Assembly (NCBI GenBank): GCA_019661855.1
Contig: JAIFWM010000001.1
Coordinates: 1-36,509 of the forward strand
Length of the DNA: 36,509 bases
Direction of reading: 5' to 3'
From: Candidatus Parcubacteria bacterium
GTDB taxonomy: Bacteria; Patescibacteriota; Minisyncoccia; Phycocordibacterales; SBAW01
Shown: positions 25,762-34,603 of the stretch, piece by piece
Layout of the letters: each line of letters opens with the position of its first letter
Numbering within the stretch: position 1 is the first letter of the stretch
Notes under the pieces: model-generated
What the model saw: the letters and a program-made list of their open reading frames with translations, nothing else
Database searches by the model: none
Told to the model about the DNA's origin: nothing
Made by a program: the position numbers and the translations under genes

Positions 25762-27768
25762 TTATTTTTTAGCCTTTTTCTTGTCTCCAGAGAGGGCATA
25801 AATTTCATCTCGTAAAAGAGCTGCAGTTTCAAAATCTAGGTTTTTAACCGCTTCGGCCATCTCGCGACGTTTACTTGTTAAGAACTTACGTGGATTCTTT
25901 TTATACAACTCTTTGTCTACCTCAAGCATCGTGACCACTGCTTTAGTGTGCTCACTGCGCAGCTCCTCGGTAATGTCTTTAATTTTCTTTATGATAGTTT
26001 GCGGGGTGATGCCGTGCTCTTTGTTGTATTTGTCTTGCAGTACGCGGCGACGGGTAGTCTCACTCACTGCTTTTTTAAGCGACTCAGTTTCGTGGTCGGC
26101 ATAGAGCAGCACTCTCCCCGCTACGTTTCGTGCCGCGCGTCCAATGGTTTGAATGAGCGACACTTCAGAGCGCAAAAATCCTTCTTTATCAGCATCTAAA
26201 ATAGCCACAAGCTCTACCTCGGGCAAATCCAACCCTTCGCGAAGGAGGTTTACTCCTACCAAGACGTCAAACTCCCCCTTACGTAGGTCAGTAAGCGTGG
26301 TGATGCGCTCCAAAGTTTCAATATCGCTGTGCAAGTATTTTGCTTTAAGTTTGCGCTCTTTTAAATATTCGGCTAAGTCTTCGGCCATTTTTTTAGTAAG
26401 GGTCGTAATGAGCACGCGTGCACCCTTCGCAATTGTCTTTACAGATTCCTCGATGACATCTTGAACTTGGCCTTTATATTCTCCAGCACTAGTAACCGGG
26501 CGTACATCGATTTCTGGATCCAAAAGTCCTGTTGGACGCACGATTTGCTCCACAATATTTTTACCCGAGATTTCTTTTTCATATGCCGCAGGTGTTGCTG
26601 AGGTATAGATAATTTGTCCTACACGCTTGTTAAACTCTTCAAACTGTAATGGCCGGTTGTCGACGGCGCTTGGTAAGCGAAAACCGAAGTCTATCAACGT
26701 CTCTTTGCGCGAGCGGTCACCAGCATACATTCCACCAATCTGCGGTACGGTCACGTGTGACTCATCTATGATTGTGAGGAAACCCTGGGGAAAGTAGTCG
26801 AGCAAGGTGTAGGGAGGCTCGCCGGGCTTGCGGCCGTCGAAATGACGGGAATAATTTTCTATCCCGTTGCAATAACCAACCTCTTTGATCATAGCGAGGT
26901 CGTAGTTGGTACGTCGTTTGAGTCGTTCTGATTCTAAAACTTTACCCGCGCGTTCAAACTTTGCGAGTTGGTCTTTAAGCTCTGCTTTGATACTCGCCAT
27001 TGCACGCACGCGTTCATCCTCTGGGGTTACATAATGTTTTGCAGGAAATACAAACACCGAGTGCACCTCCTCGCGCTCTTGGCGCGTTATAGCATCAATA
27101 ATGCGCAAGCGTGCGATGGTGTCTCCCTCAAACTCCACCCGGTAGAGCACCCGCTCTCCTGCGGGTTGGATCTCAACACTGTTTCCGAGCGCTCTAAATT
27201 GTCCGGGAGTGAGGTCTGCAGTGGTACGCTCAAAATAAATGCCAATTAGCTCATGAATAAGCTCTGTACGAGTCTTTGGCATGCCTGACTTAAGTTCGAG
27301 ATGTACTTTGCGATACTCTTCGGGGCTACCCAAGCCATAGATACACGACACAGACGCTACAATGATCACGTCTTGGCGTGTGAGCAGTGCTTGCGTTGAG
27401 GCATGACGCAGACGCTCTATCTCTTCGTTAATCTGTGCCTCTTTTTCGATAAACGTGTCAGAGTGTGGAATATATGCCTCTGGTTGGTAGTAGTCATAGT
27501 ACGAAACAAAGTAGTGTACCGCTGCATCAGGAAAAAACTCACGATACTCTTGTGCCAACTGTGCGGCGAGCGTTTTGTTGTGTGCAATGACGAGTGTGGG
27601 TTTGTTAACCTGCTCTATCACATTGGCGGCAGTAAATGTTTTACCTGAGCCAGTTACCCCAAGAAGCGTTTGGTGTCGTTCCCCTCTTTTGAGCCCTGCC
27701 ACCAGTTTTTTAATGGCCTCGGGCTGATCCCCAGCGGGCTTGTGTGATGATTTGAGTTTGAAATTCAT
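25762..27768 (-). CDS. uvrB: Excinuclease ABC subunit B
   Basis: It has the helicase motifs GVTGSGKT and DESH, plus a C-terminal UVR domain (DFETAALLRDEIYAL). The protein is 668 aa. Confidence 0.97.
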   Translation of the reverse strand: MNFKLKSSHKPAGDQPEAIKKLVAGLKRGERHQTLLGVTGSGKTFTAANVIEQVNKPTLVIAHNKTLAAQLAQEYREFFPDAAVHYFVSYYDYYQPEAYIPHSDTFIEKEAQINEEIERLRHASTQALLTRQDVIIVASVSCIYGLGSPEEYRKVHLELKSGMPKTRTELIHELIGIYFERTTADLTPGQFRALGNSVEIQPAGERVLYRVEFEGDTIARLRIIDAITRQEREEVHSVFVFPAKHYVTPEDERVRAMASIKAELKDQLAKFERAGKVLESERLKRRTNYDLAMIKEVGYCNGIENYSRHFDGRKPGEPPYTLLDYFPQGFLTIIDESHVTVPQIGGMYAGDRSRKETLIDFGFRLPSAVDNRPLQFEEFNKRVGQIIYTSATPAAYEKEISGKNIVEQIVRPTGLLDPEIDVRPVTSAGEYKGQVQDVIEESVKTIAKGARVLITTLTKKMAEDLAEYLKERKLKAKYLHSDIETLERITTLTDLRKGEFDVLVGVNLLREGLDLPEVELVAILDADKEGFLRSEVSLIQTIGRAARNVAGRVLLYADHETESLKKAVSETTRRRVLQDKYNKEHGITPQTIIKKIKDITEELRSEHTKAVVTMLEVDKELYKKNPRKFLTSKRREMAEAVKNLDFETAALLRDEIYALSGDKKKAKK

Positions 27769-28985
27769 TGTTTGTATTGAGCAAGAAATGTATCATGAAA
27801 CTCATTAAAATTTCCATTAAGTATACTCTCGCGGATTTGAGTGGTGAGATGAGTTAAAAAATAAATATTATGCATCGAGGCAAGCACCGGCCCGAGCAAC
27901 TCTTTAGTACGAAAAAGATGATGTACATACGCGCGGGTGTGATGTTGGCATGTTGGACATTCGCAGCCTTCATCTAACGGGCTAAAATCTTCTTTAAACT
28001 CTGCGTTGGGGATTTGGATTTTGCCCCGTTTGGTAAAAATGCCTCCCGTGCGCCCATTGCGTGTTGGAGTTACTCCATCAAACGTGTCCACGCCATGCGC
28101 AGCTCCAAGCAAAATATCTTCTGGCTCACTCACTCCAAGTCCATGCACAGGCATACCCTCTGGCAACTCGGTGAGCATGTTAAGTGCAGACTGGAGTGAA
28201 TTGTCTCCATACTTGCGACTAAAAGAGCCTCCTAATCCAAAACCATCAAACCCCATCTCACCTATTTCGCGAGCACTTTGACGACGCAAATCATCATAGG
28301 GACCTCCCTGCCCTATGCCGTAAATTGCTTGCTTGTTGTTGGCATCTATATTTTGGCGATGTGCCTTGAGACTGCGCTTGGCCCATGTATGTGTGCGCTC
28401 CATCGCCTCTTTTTGAAATTCAAAGGGCGAAGTTGGTGCAGTACATTGATCAAAAGCAAAAAAGATATCTGAACCAAGTTTTTGTTGGATCTCAACTGAA
28501 CGCTCGGGAGTAAAACGATGCAATGAACCATCAACATGTGAAGTAAACGTTACTCCTTCCTCATCAACAATAGCGAGTTTGCCATGCTGCGAGGCAACAT
28601 CTTCGTCATATACGGTAACCACATCATCTTCTGACACATGTTCGGGTAAAAATTTTGAAACTCCTTTGCCAAACCCTTCTCCTAAAGAAAAAACCTGAAA
28701 CCCTCCCGAGTCTGTGATAAGAGGACCATCAAAACCCATAAACTGGTGTAAACCTCCAGCTTTAGCAATTAACTCTTCGCCGGGTGAGAGATAGAGATGG
28801 TACGTATTACAAATGACGGTTTGTATGCCAAGGTCCTTATATTTAGTGGGCTCAACACCCTTCACATCAGCCTTGGTTGCCACAGGCACAAACGCAGGAG
28901 TTTTGATCTCTCCATGTGGCGTCTTCAAAATCCCCGCTCGCGCGATACCTTCTTTCTTTTCAACTTTAAATTCTATTGGACGCAT
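27765..28985 (-). CDS. tgt: Queuine/tRNA-guanine transglycosylase
   Basis: The protein is a 406-aa TIM barrel. Motifs DSGGFQV and GLGVSEPEDIL are present. The zinc site is CECPTCQHHTRAYVHHL. The stop codon overlaps the uvrB start codon (ATGA). Confidence 0.95.
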   Translation of the reverse strand: MRPIEFKVEKKEGIARAGILKTPHGEIKTPAFVPVATKADVKGVEPTKYKDLGIQTVICNTYHLYLSPGEELIAKAGGLHQFMGFDGPLITDSGGFQVFSLGEGFGKGVSKFLPEHVSEDDVVTVYDEDVASQHGKLAIVDEEGVTFTSHVDGSLHRFTPERSVEIQQKLGSDIFFAFDQCTAPTSPFEFQKEAMERTHTWAKRSLKAHRQNIDANNKQAIYGIGQGGPYDDLRRQSAREIGEMGFDGFGLGGSFSRKYGDNSLQSALNMLTELPEGMPVHGLGVSEPEDILLGAAHGVDTFDGVTPTRNGRTGGIFTKRGKIQIPNAEFKEDFSPLDEGCECPTCQHHTRAYVHHLFRTKELLGPVLASMHNIYFLTHLTTQIRESILNGNFNEFHDTFLAQYKQ

Positions 28986-28997
28986 ATATATATGAGT

Positions 28998-29024
28998 GGC
29001 CGCCCCGCAAGGTGCGGAGCGGCC
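28998..29024 (-). terminator. GC-rich hairpin downstream of the 29056-29481 gene (weak terminator)
   Basis: The stems are GGCCGC/GCGGCC and CCGCA/TGCGG. The 3' tail on the minus strand is only ACTCATATATAT. Confidence 0.4.
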
Positions 29025-29055
29025 GAAGCACTAGTGAATTTGTGCGATGTGAACC

Positions 29056-29481
29056 TTAGACGTAATCGGCCCGTTCCAAAGCCTTCGCCTCTTCCTTGGT
29101 CTTCGGATCTGCAGGAAGTTGCAAGACAGTGGCAGTCTGGCCGGCGACCAAGACATCGAGCTTCACGGTCTTGCCGTCGGGGAACATCAGCGCGTCGTGG
29201 TGCTGGTGAAGGTTGTCCTTGTCGACTTGGACGAAACGCGCAACCTTCCAAGGAAGAACCTTCGGCTTCTTTTTGATGAAGCCGATAAAGCCTGCCCGCT
29301 CCGAGTCAATCGCGATCTCCTTGTCGAACGCCAGCTCAGTTCCCGGAAGGAGACACACCGCCGTTGTGGGGTCCGTAACCGCCACGAAGCCACGAGTGTG
29401 GCGGGAGATCGAATGACTGACTAAGATGTCATTCTTTTCAGCCGCACGCTTCTTAACGTCCTTGGCGCTATAGTCGCACAT
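29056..29481 (-). CDS. Hypothetical protein, 141 aa, starting MCDYS; compositionally foreign
   Basis: An SD sequence GAGGAG lies 9 nt before the ATG at 29481. G+C is about 60% by hand count, against 46-50% in the flanking genes. Fifteen of 16 Lys codons are AAG. ORFs pile up in several frames on both strands across this segment, as expected for GC-rich DNA. Confidence 0.7.
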   Translation of the reverse strand: MCDYSAKDVKKRAAEKNDILVSHSISRHTRGFVAVTDPTTAVCLLPGTELAFDKEIAIDSERAGFIGFIKKKPKVLPWKVARFVQVDKDNLHQHHDALMFPDGKTVKLDVLVAGQTATVLQLPADPKTKEEAKALERADYV

Positions 29482-29549
29482 GAGAAAGAACTCCTCTGAT
29501 TCCAGAAGCCCAGTGTTGAGCTTCATACCACTACACAGTAGCAGTATGT

Positions 29550-30026
29550 TTATTTAACGTCTAGGAGTTCAACTTCGAAAACAAGTGTTGAGTTGCCAGG
29601 AATTGGCCCGTAAGTTGCCGAACCATAACCAAGACTTGGTGGGATAATGAGCAAACGCTTACCACCAACTTTCATGCCTTGGAGCCCTTGGTCCCAACCA
29701 GCGATCACCATACCCGCGCCTAACTGAAAGGTAAATGGATTTTTACCAACAGATGTATCAAATACAGTACCGTCTTGAAACTTGCCGGTGTAGTTAACGG
29801 TAACGGTGCTACCTGGCTTTGCCTCAGCACCTCCACCCACCTTTTCATCCTGTACTACCAGTTCATTTGTATTTGTGCTCGTGCCCAAAGGAAGAGCAGC
29901 GCTGTTGTCATTAGTGTTTCCTGCAAGCGAATCCATAAGATTTAACGGACTATTAAAAATAAAGAAAAATCCAACTACTACGATCGCTACACCGACCGCA
30001 ATGCCGAGCTGCAATCTATGTGTCAT
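29550..30026 (-). CDS. FKBP-type peptidyl-prolyl cis-trans isomerase, membrane anchored
   Basis: An N-terminal TM helix is followed by GSTVTVNYTGKFQDGTVFDTS...GWDQGLQGMKVGGKR, the canonical FKBP signature. Confidence 0.92.
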   Translation of the reverse strand: MTHRLQLGIAVGVAIVVVGFFFIFNSPLNLMDSLAGNTNDNSAALPLGTSTNTNELVVQDEKVGGGAEAKPGSTVTVNYTGKFQDGTVFDTSVGKNPFTFQLGAGMVIAGWDQGLQGMKVGGKRLLIIPPSLGYGSATYGPIPGNSTLVFEVELLDVK

Positions 30027-30049
30027 ACCCCAACGATACTTCCATTTTC

Positions 30050-31366
30050 TTACCGCGGCAAGTTGACTATCCCCTTCGTGTATTTTTCATATACAGCCTG
30101 TAGTCTTTTGGTTGCTTCAGCATAGGGCTCCACATTAAACCCATTTTCAGTAAGTTCTTCGGTCGTTTGCGAGAGGTATGCATGCACTTCGTCATCTAAA
30201 ACATCAGGGTGGTAACTAGCGTACTCAGGATGGGTAGTTAAAAAATGTTCGAGCGGTTCAGTGTCTACCTGTGAGAGTATCTCCTCAACCTCTTTCTTGT
30301 AGTCCGAATTAAGAAAGTAAAGCGCGTGCGCTATTTCATGCCCTATCATTTCATTAGACGATGCTGGGGAAGTTGCAATGACATAAAAGTCGCTGGAAAC
30401 TTGCGCAAAATAGTCGAGTATATCTTGCTCATCTTGCGTAAGTGGATCAAAATGTCCTGCATAAAAGTCTTTCAACACTGCAGATGGAAAATTAAAACCA
30501 TATGCTCCCCAATCCTGTACATAGTGTGAACCTTTGTGCGCCTCGGTATACCACGTGTTAAATTCCTCTCGTGTAAAATATTTCCCTTTGAAGTTTGGCG
30601 ATTCATAAAATTCTTGAAAACGCATAAGTGCCGAGGCCATGCGGCCAGGCTCTTTAAATTTTAAAAAATAAATCTGCGGACTTATGATATGAGGCTCGAA
30701 CATAGGTGCTTGTGGAGTCAAAATCTGCATGTCATCACTGTCACGATACGGTGTCTCGTCTAAATCGTGCGGCAAGCGCCGAACTGGTTTAGTATAGGCT
30801 TTGTCTATTTCAGGAACCATGATGGTGTACTGGTATTCGCGCCACGAAAATCCTTCGGTGCGAACCGCCTCTTGTTCGAGTCGTTGCGCTAGTTGGTGCG
30901 ACTGTTGATATGCACGCGAAGTCCACGGCACTGTGTCTATCAAACATTTTTCTACCAACTCATGCACTGCCAAGTAGCGATACACATCCATTTGAGCACC
31001 GGATGCTACGGGGAAAATTTGTTTGAGTCCGCGGTCCATATACAACTTTGTGGGTGTATCTTTCGAATACCCAGCAAGTGCAGGAATATCATAGGTGTTA
31101 TCTATGGTGACTTTTGACTGCAATTCCTCTACTGCTTCAACGAGACGCTTTGCTTGCATGCGCTCGGGCTCACCTCCTCCAAGTTCTCGAGAAATCACAC
31201 GCTCAATGCGCACCCCAAACTCGGTAGCACTTGCGTCTGAAAGTCCTGCTTTGTCTTTAAGTGCACGGGTAACAACCGCGCCCACCGACTCGTGAGGGAA
31301 AAGTGCACGTATACTATCTACCGCCTCCTTAAGTAAGGCAGTCGAGTTTATTGTTTCGTCACGCAT
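30050..31366 (-). CDS. Hypothetical cytoplasmic protein, 438 aa, with a C-terminal HEXXH motif (GHEIAHALYF)
   Basis: A clean ORF with no signal peptide. HEIAH suggests a zinc hydrolase, but the family is not recognised. The start codon lies 1 nt after the upstream TAG. Confidence 0.7.
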   Translation of the reverse strand: MRDETINSTALLKEAVDSIRALFPHESVGAVVTRALKDKAGLSDASATEFGVRIERVISRELGGGEPERMQAKRLVEAVEELQSKVTIDNTYDIPALAGYSKDTPTKLYMDRGLKQIFPVASGAQMDVYRYLAVHELVEKCLIDTVPWTSRAYQQSHQLAQRLEQEAVRTEGFSWREYQYTIMVPEIDKAYTKPVRRLPHDLDETPYRDSDDMQILTPQAPMFEPHIISPQIYFLKFKEPGRMASALMRFQEFYESPNFKGKYFTREEFNTWYTEAHKGSHYVQDWGAYGFNFPSAVLKDFYAGHFDPLTQDEQDILDYFAQVSSDFYVIATSPASSNEMIGHEIAHALYFLNSDYKKEVEEILSQVDTEPLEHFLTTHPEYASYHPDVLDDEVHAYLSQTTEELTENGFNVEPYAEATKRLQAVYEKYTKGIVNLPR

Positions 31367-31367
31367 A

Positions 31368-32297
31368 CTATTGCTCGAGTGTTATCCAGCTTCCCTGCTC
31401 ATCTACGACTCCACCGAGATTAAGCGAGTGTACAACACTTGCGCTTTGGGTTGAAGCAGAGCCTACATACTGATTATTAGCAGCAAGAAGAGTGAGTGCA
31501 AACAATGCTACTGCCGCAGTACCCATTAAGACTCTCCCATGCTGCACTTGAATATGTACAAAAAAGGTCAAGAAGAGCGCCACTATAAGCATCAACCCAG
31601 TGCCACCCAAAACCCAGTTGGTGGTAGCCGGGTCAGAGAGTGCGCGTAATATTTTATCGAGCGTTTGATTAGTCACGCCTGCGTGAGGTATGGCTGCGGC
31701 TGCTGCAACTTGCGGCACGACAATTTTTGCTGGAGCAGCAAAGTATTGCACCACATAGGTGGCAGGTTCGCCTTGGTACTCTCCTTCTGCAGTTGCGATA
31801 CCAATTTCGGTATATTCGGGTTTTAATATATTGGCGCGATGAGTTGGAGAGTTCATCCACCCCTCTACAACATCATTTGATTCAGTAAATCGCACGGCCA
31901 AATTTTCGCCCGCGAGTTGATAGCGATATCCAACTTCTGCGAGCCATGCCCAAGGCAACTTGCCATCGGGGCCCGTGTGAGCAAAATATCCTTTTGCTGC
32001 CATATCTTTAGCCTTTGCCAGCGCAGCTAGGTCGAGCAATCCATTTTCAGTTAATATTGAATTATTGTTAAGCGCGCGTTCTTCGTTGGTAAGCGTAACA
32101 AGATCACTTTGCACTACTGCCGCAGACTGCTCACTGTTAGTTGCAAGTCCTGCAACAAAAAATCCTTCAGCACCAAGAATTAATGCCAACAAAGCAAGCA
32201 ACATACTGCGACGCACCAGGTGAGGACGATAATCGTTGTGGTGAGAAGGGATTAAGCCATTTCTTACACCCCATAAGAAATACCAAACGAAATTCAT
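31368..32297 (-). CDS. CAP/SCP (YkwD-like) domain protein with flanking TM segments
   Basis: NEERALNN...AKDMAAKGYFAHTGPDG...GENLAV...VEGWMNSPTHRANIL is the CAP-domain signature. The start is placed at ATG 32297; ATG 32315 and ATG 32381 are possible but would overlap the divergent gene. Confidence 0.8.
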   Translation of the reverse strand: MNFVWYFLWGVRNGLIPSHHNDYRPHLVRRSMLLALLALILGAEGFFVAGLATNSEQSAAVVQSDLVTLTNEERALNNNSILTENGLLDLAALAKAKDMAAKGYFAHTGPDGKLPWAWLAEVGYRYQLAGENLAVRFTESNDVVEGWMNSPTHRANILKPEYTEIGIATAEGEYQGEPATYVVQYFAAPAKIVVPQVAAAAAIPHAGVTNQTLDKILRALSDPATTNWVLGGTGLMLIVALFLTFFVHIQVQHGRVLMGTAAVALFALTLLAANNQYVGSASTQSASVVHSLNLGGVVDEQGSWITLEQ

Positions 32298-32301
32298 ATT
32301 G

Positions 32302-32314
32302 TATAATTTTAGCA
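32302..32314. promoter_or_regulatory. Overlapping back-to-back -10 elements: TATAAT (plus strand) and TGcTAAAAT (minus strand)
   Basis: The plus strand reads TATAAT(32302-32307)-tttagc-ATG(32314). The minus strand reads TGCTAAAAT(32314-32306)-tatacaat-ATG(32297). Confidence 0.45.
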
Positions 32315-33093
32315 TGAGATACACACTCGCTTTGTTTGCAATACTCACCCCTTTGACGGTGTTTGCAGCTGGTTTTGCCAAGGGTTCTCTCTTCCTTTCT
32401 CAACCGTCAGTAATTGAGGGAGAGACCGTGTTTATACATGCAGTCGTATCTAACGATACTAATCTCCAAGTAGATGCCGACGTGGTGTTTAAAGAGGACG
32501 ATAAAAAGATCGGCAGTTCACCGGTAACTCTTACTCCAGGCGAGGCAGCAACCGTATCGCTCTCTTGGAAGCCTGAAGCAGGAGCTCACCACATCACCGC
32601 AGAGTTTACTTCGAAAGCAGGTACTATTATTGAGACACAGTCTGCAAACTTTACTATTGCTGCCAAACTTGTTGACGATTCTTCAAACGATCCGCAACCG
32701 GCAGCGCAAGATGTTCAAACCTCTTATGATATTCAAAAACTAATCAGCAGCTTCTCTCCTACCACCGCCGAGATACTTAAACCTGCATTTACGTTTATAG
32801 ATTCTGCTCGTGCCAAAGGCGCGTCCGCACTCGACTCTCAAATTGCCGGAGCAAAAGAAAAGGTAGACAAGACACCTAAACCGGGCATCGTTGCCGGGTC
32901 AGACACGGGCGACAAAGGCTCGTCGATGGAGAACACGTTTTGGTTTGTACTCTACACTCTGTATCTCTATTTCTTGACCATTGTTCGCTGGTTACTTGCT
33001 AACGCAGCTATTTTTTATCCACTTGTAGTGCTTATTTTCTTCTATCTCGCGTGGAAGGGATTAAACCGCATCCGCCGTCCTTCGGGAATTTAA
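32314..33093 (+). CDS. Secreted protein with an Ig/CARDB-like N-terminal domain and a C-terminal TM anchor, 259 aa
   Basis: It has a signal peptide (MRYTLALFAILTPLTVFA), a beta-rich domain and two C-terminal hydrophobic helices. Confidence 0.65.
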   Translation: MRYTLALFAILTPLTVFAAGFAKGSLFLSQPSVIEGETVFIHAVVSNDTNLQVDADVVFKEDDKKIGSSPVTLTPGEAATVSLSWKPEAGAHHITAEFTSKAGTIIETQSANFTIAAKLVDDSSNDPQPAAQDVQTSYDIQKLISSFSPTTAEILKPAFTFIDSARAKGASALDSQIAGAKEKVDKTPKPGIVAGSDTGDKGSSMENTFWFVLYTLYLYFLTIVRWLLANAAIFYPLVVLIFFYLAWKGLNRIRRPSGI

Positions 33094-33492
33094 GAGCCAC
33101 AAAATAGTTGCAAACGCAAAGGTTGAAACCGCTGCCGAAACTGCGCAAAAGAGACACAGCGCGCCAATGAGTGTGAGCTGGATGTAGAAGATAAAGAGCA
33201 TCGAGAGCACAAAGCCAATACCTGTGTAGAGCACAACTCCAGTGCGAAGTGCGCGCGACTGCGGCTCCCATGCCAAAAGCAAGGAGAGACACAAGAGATA
33301 ACTGTAGTACACCAAGCCGACGTACGAGAGTGGCACTCCAAAAAACTTAGAATAGACGCTGGTTAATACTTGTTCACACCCGCCAAGCGCACAGGTTGGG
33401 ATTAAGTTGAGGTATTGGTAGTACGAGAGGTAGAGAGTATCACCAAGGCCGATGAGCGCGAGCGCGATAAGGATAAATGGTTGTAAGGGCAT
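33061..33492 (-). CDS. Vitamin K epoxide reductase (VKOR) family protein
   Basis: The 143-aa protein has four TM helices, the loop cysteines CALGGC and the active-site motif CLFC in the last helix. Its 3' end overlaps the convergent gene by 33 nt. Confidence 0.8.
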   Translation of the reverse strand: MPLQPFILIALALIGLGDTLYLSYYQYLNLIPTCALGGCEQVLTSVYSKFFGVPLSYVGLVYYSYLLCLSLLLAWEPQSRALRTGVVLYTGIGFVLSMLFIFYIQLTLIGALCLFCAVSAAVSTFAFATILWLLNSRRTADAV

Positions 33493-33493
33493 A

Positions 33494-34042
33494 CTACTTT
33501 GTAAACTTCAAACTCGTATACAGATCCTGAAATTGTGCGCGGATAGGATCCTGCGGAGTCTGCCACCCTGCGGTAAGCAGATATATTTTACCTCCATGTG
33601 CTACCGCGACGGCATCGGTTTCGTATAAACCGCCGTAGAGGTATCGGTAGCCTTGTTCGCCACCGACGGTGGTTGGTTTGAGCGATTGGTCAGTGCCAAG
33701 CTTAAAGTTTGACATACTATTACCCTCTATCCATTGCTGTAGTGGTGTGCCCTCAGGATTGTCGAACATTGTTATGGCGATGCTCGGAGGACCTTCGCTG
33801 TCTTTAGGAGGCGTGTAGCCCTTTGGCAATAAAGTTACTACTTGCCACTGGCGCTCAGCATTGCCCTCTTTGTAATAGGAGACGTCAAAGCTAGCCGGAT
33901 AGTCAAAGGTGACCCCCAGTTCGTTAGAGGTGTAGGTAGGCGTTTGCTCTGCCCGCTTCGACTGCTCGTAAAAGAAGCTTGCCCAGACAATAAATCCGAC
34001 CACAACTGCTCCGAAAATCAACAATGGCGTTCGTGAATTCAT
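33494..34042 (-). CDS. N-terminally anchored extracytoplasmic protein, 182 aa, hypothetical
   Basis: A TM anchor is followed by a beta-rich domain. There are no cysteines. It is preceded by TGcTATACT-N6-ATG. Confidence 0.65.
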   Translation of the reverse strand: MNSRTPLLIFGAVVVGFIVWASFFYEQSKRAEQTPTYTSNELGVTFDYPASFDVSYYKEGNAERQWQVVTLLPKGYTPPKDSEGPPSIAITMFDNPEGTPLQQWIEGNSMSNFKLGTDQSLKPTTVGGEQGYRYLYGGLYETDAVAVAHGGKIYLLTAGWQTPQDPIRAQFQDLYTSLKFTK

Positions 34043-34048
34043 TTGCCG

Positions 34049-34057
34049 AGTATAGCA
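34049..34057 (-). promoter_or_regulatory. Extended -10 TGcTATACT, 6 nt upstream of ATG 34042
   Basis: The minus strand reads TGCTATACT-cggcaa-ATG, inside the 18-nt gap after the upstream stop codon. Confidence 0.5.
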
Positions 34058-34060
34058 TTT

Positions 34061-34603
34061 TTAGGTACTTTTTTGAATTTTTGCTCTTATTGTAAGAAGG
34101 ATGAAAGCTGAAAGGAGACCAACAAATAGACCCAAAAAAAACTCCTTCGAAACACCGGGAGAAGCCGGTGTTTCTTCTCCTTTCACGTCAAAAGTAAATT
34201 CCGCTTCGGTTAATTGTTGACTTAAAACATTCTCTGTAGGTTTGTTGTAGCGTGCATCAAGGATGTATGTTCCTGCCTCAGTAAATCCATAAAGCAATGT
34301 TATCGGCGCCAAAGGCAAATGTGTTACCGACCCAGCAAACAAGGTAACCTCTTTACCATCTGCACCTTTTTTAACTACACGCACCCATATATCAGAAAAT
34401 TCAACTTTTTTAGTTCGCGAGTCATCTGTGTAAAGACCAAATGTGAATGTTCCTGGCTCACCAACGGTAAATGCTTCATTGCTATAGTCGACATCAACTA
34501 AATATCCTTGATCGGTGACTTTTGAAAGCACCACTCCTTCACCTCCGTGAGCGAGAACAGTAAACGGCACTATGAGTAACGCAACCAATGCAAAATATTT
34601 CAT
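34061..34603 (-). CDS. Secreted beta-sandwich-like protein with a C-terminal TM anchor, 180 aa; the predicted mature N-terminus is His
   Basis: The signal peptide is MKYFALVALLIVPFTVLA with predicted cleavage before HGGEG. A C-terminal TM helix is present. The start codon overlaps the msrA stop codon (ATGA). Confidence 0.65.
   Translation of the reverse strand: MKYFALVALLIVPFTVLAHGGEGVVLSKVTDQGYLVDVDYSNEAFTVGEPGTFTFGLYTDDSRTKKVEFSDIWVRVVKKGADGKEVTLFAGSVTHLPLAPITLLYGFTEAGTYILDARYNKPTENVLSQQLTEAEFTFDVKGEETPASPGVSKEFFLGLFVGLLSAFILLTIRAKIQKST

Noticed and set aside
27765-27768. Possible UGA recoding (code 25/4), as seen in some reduced-genome lineages.
   Set aside because: TGA functions as a stop codon in several ATGA stop/start overlaps (tgt/uvrB at 27765-27768, 6623-6626, msrA at 34600-34603). 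The conserved proteins also end at the expected lengths, so the standard code applies.
28797-29526. Multiple overlapping ORFs on both strands (28797-29276, 28973-29251, 29119-29424, 29187-29393, 29213-29416).
   Set aside because: They are open-frame shadows caused by the high G+C of the foreign gene at 29056-29481. Only that frame has an SD sequence, a sensible composition and a coherent start.
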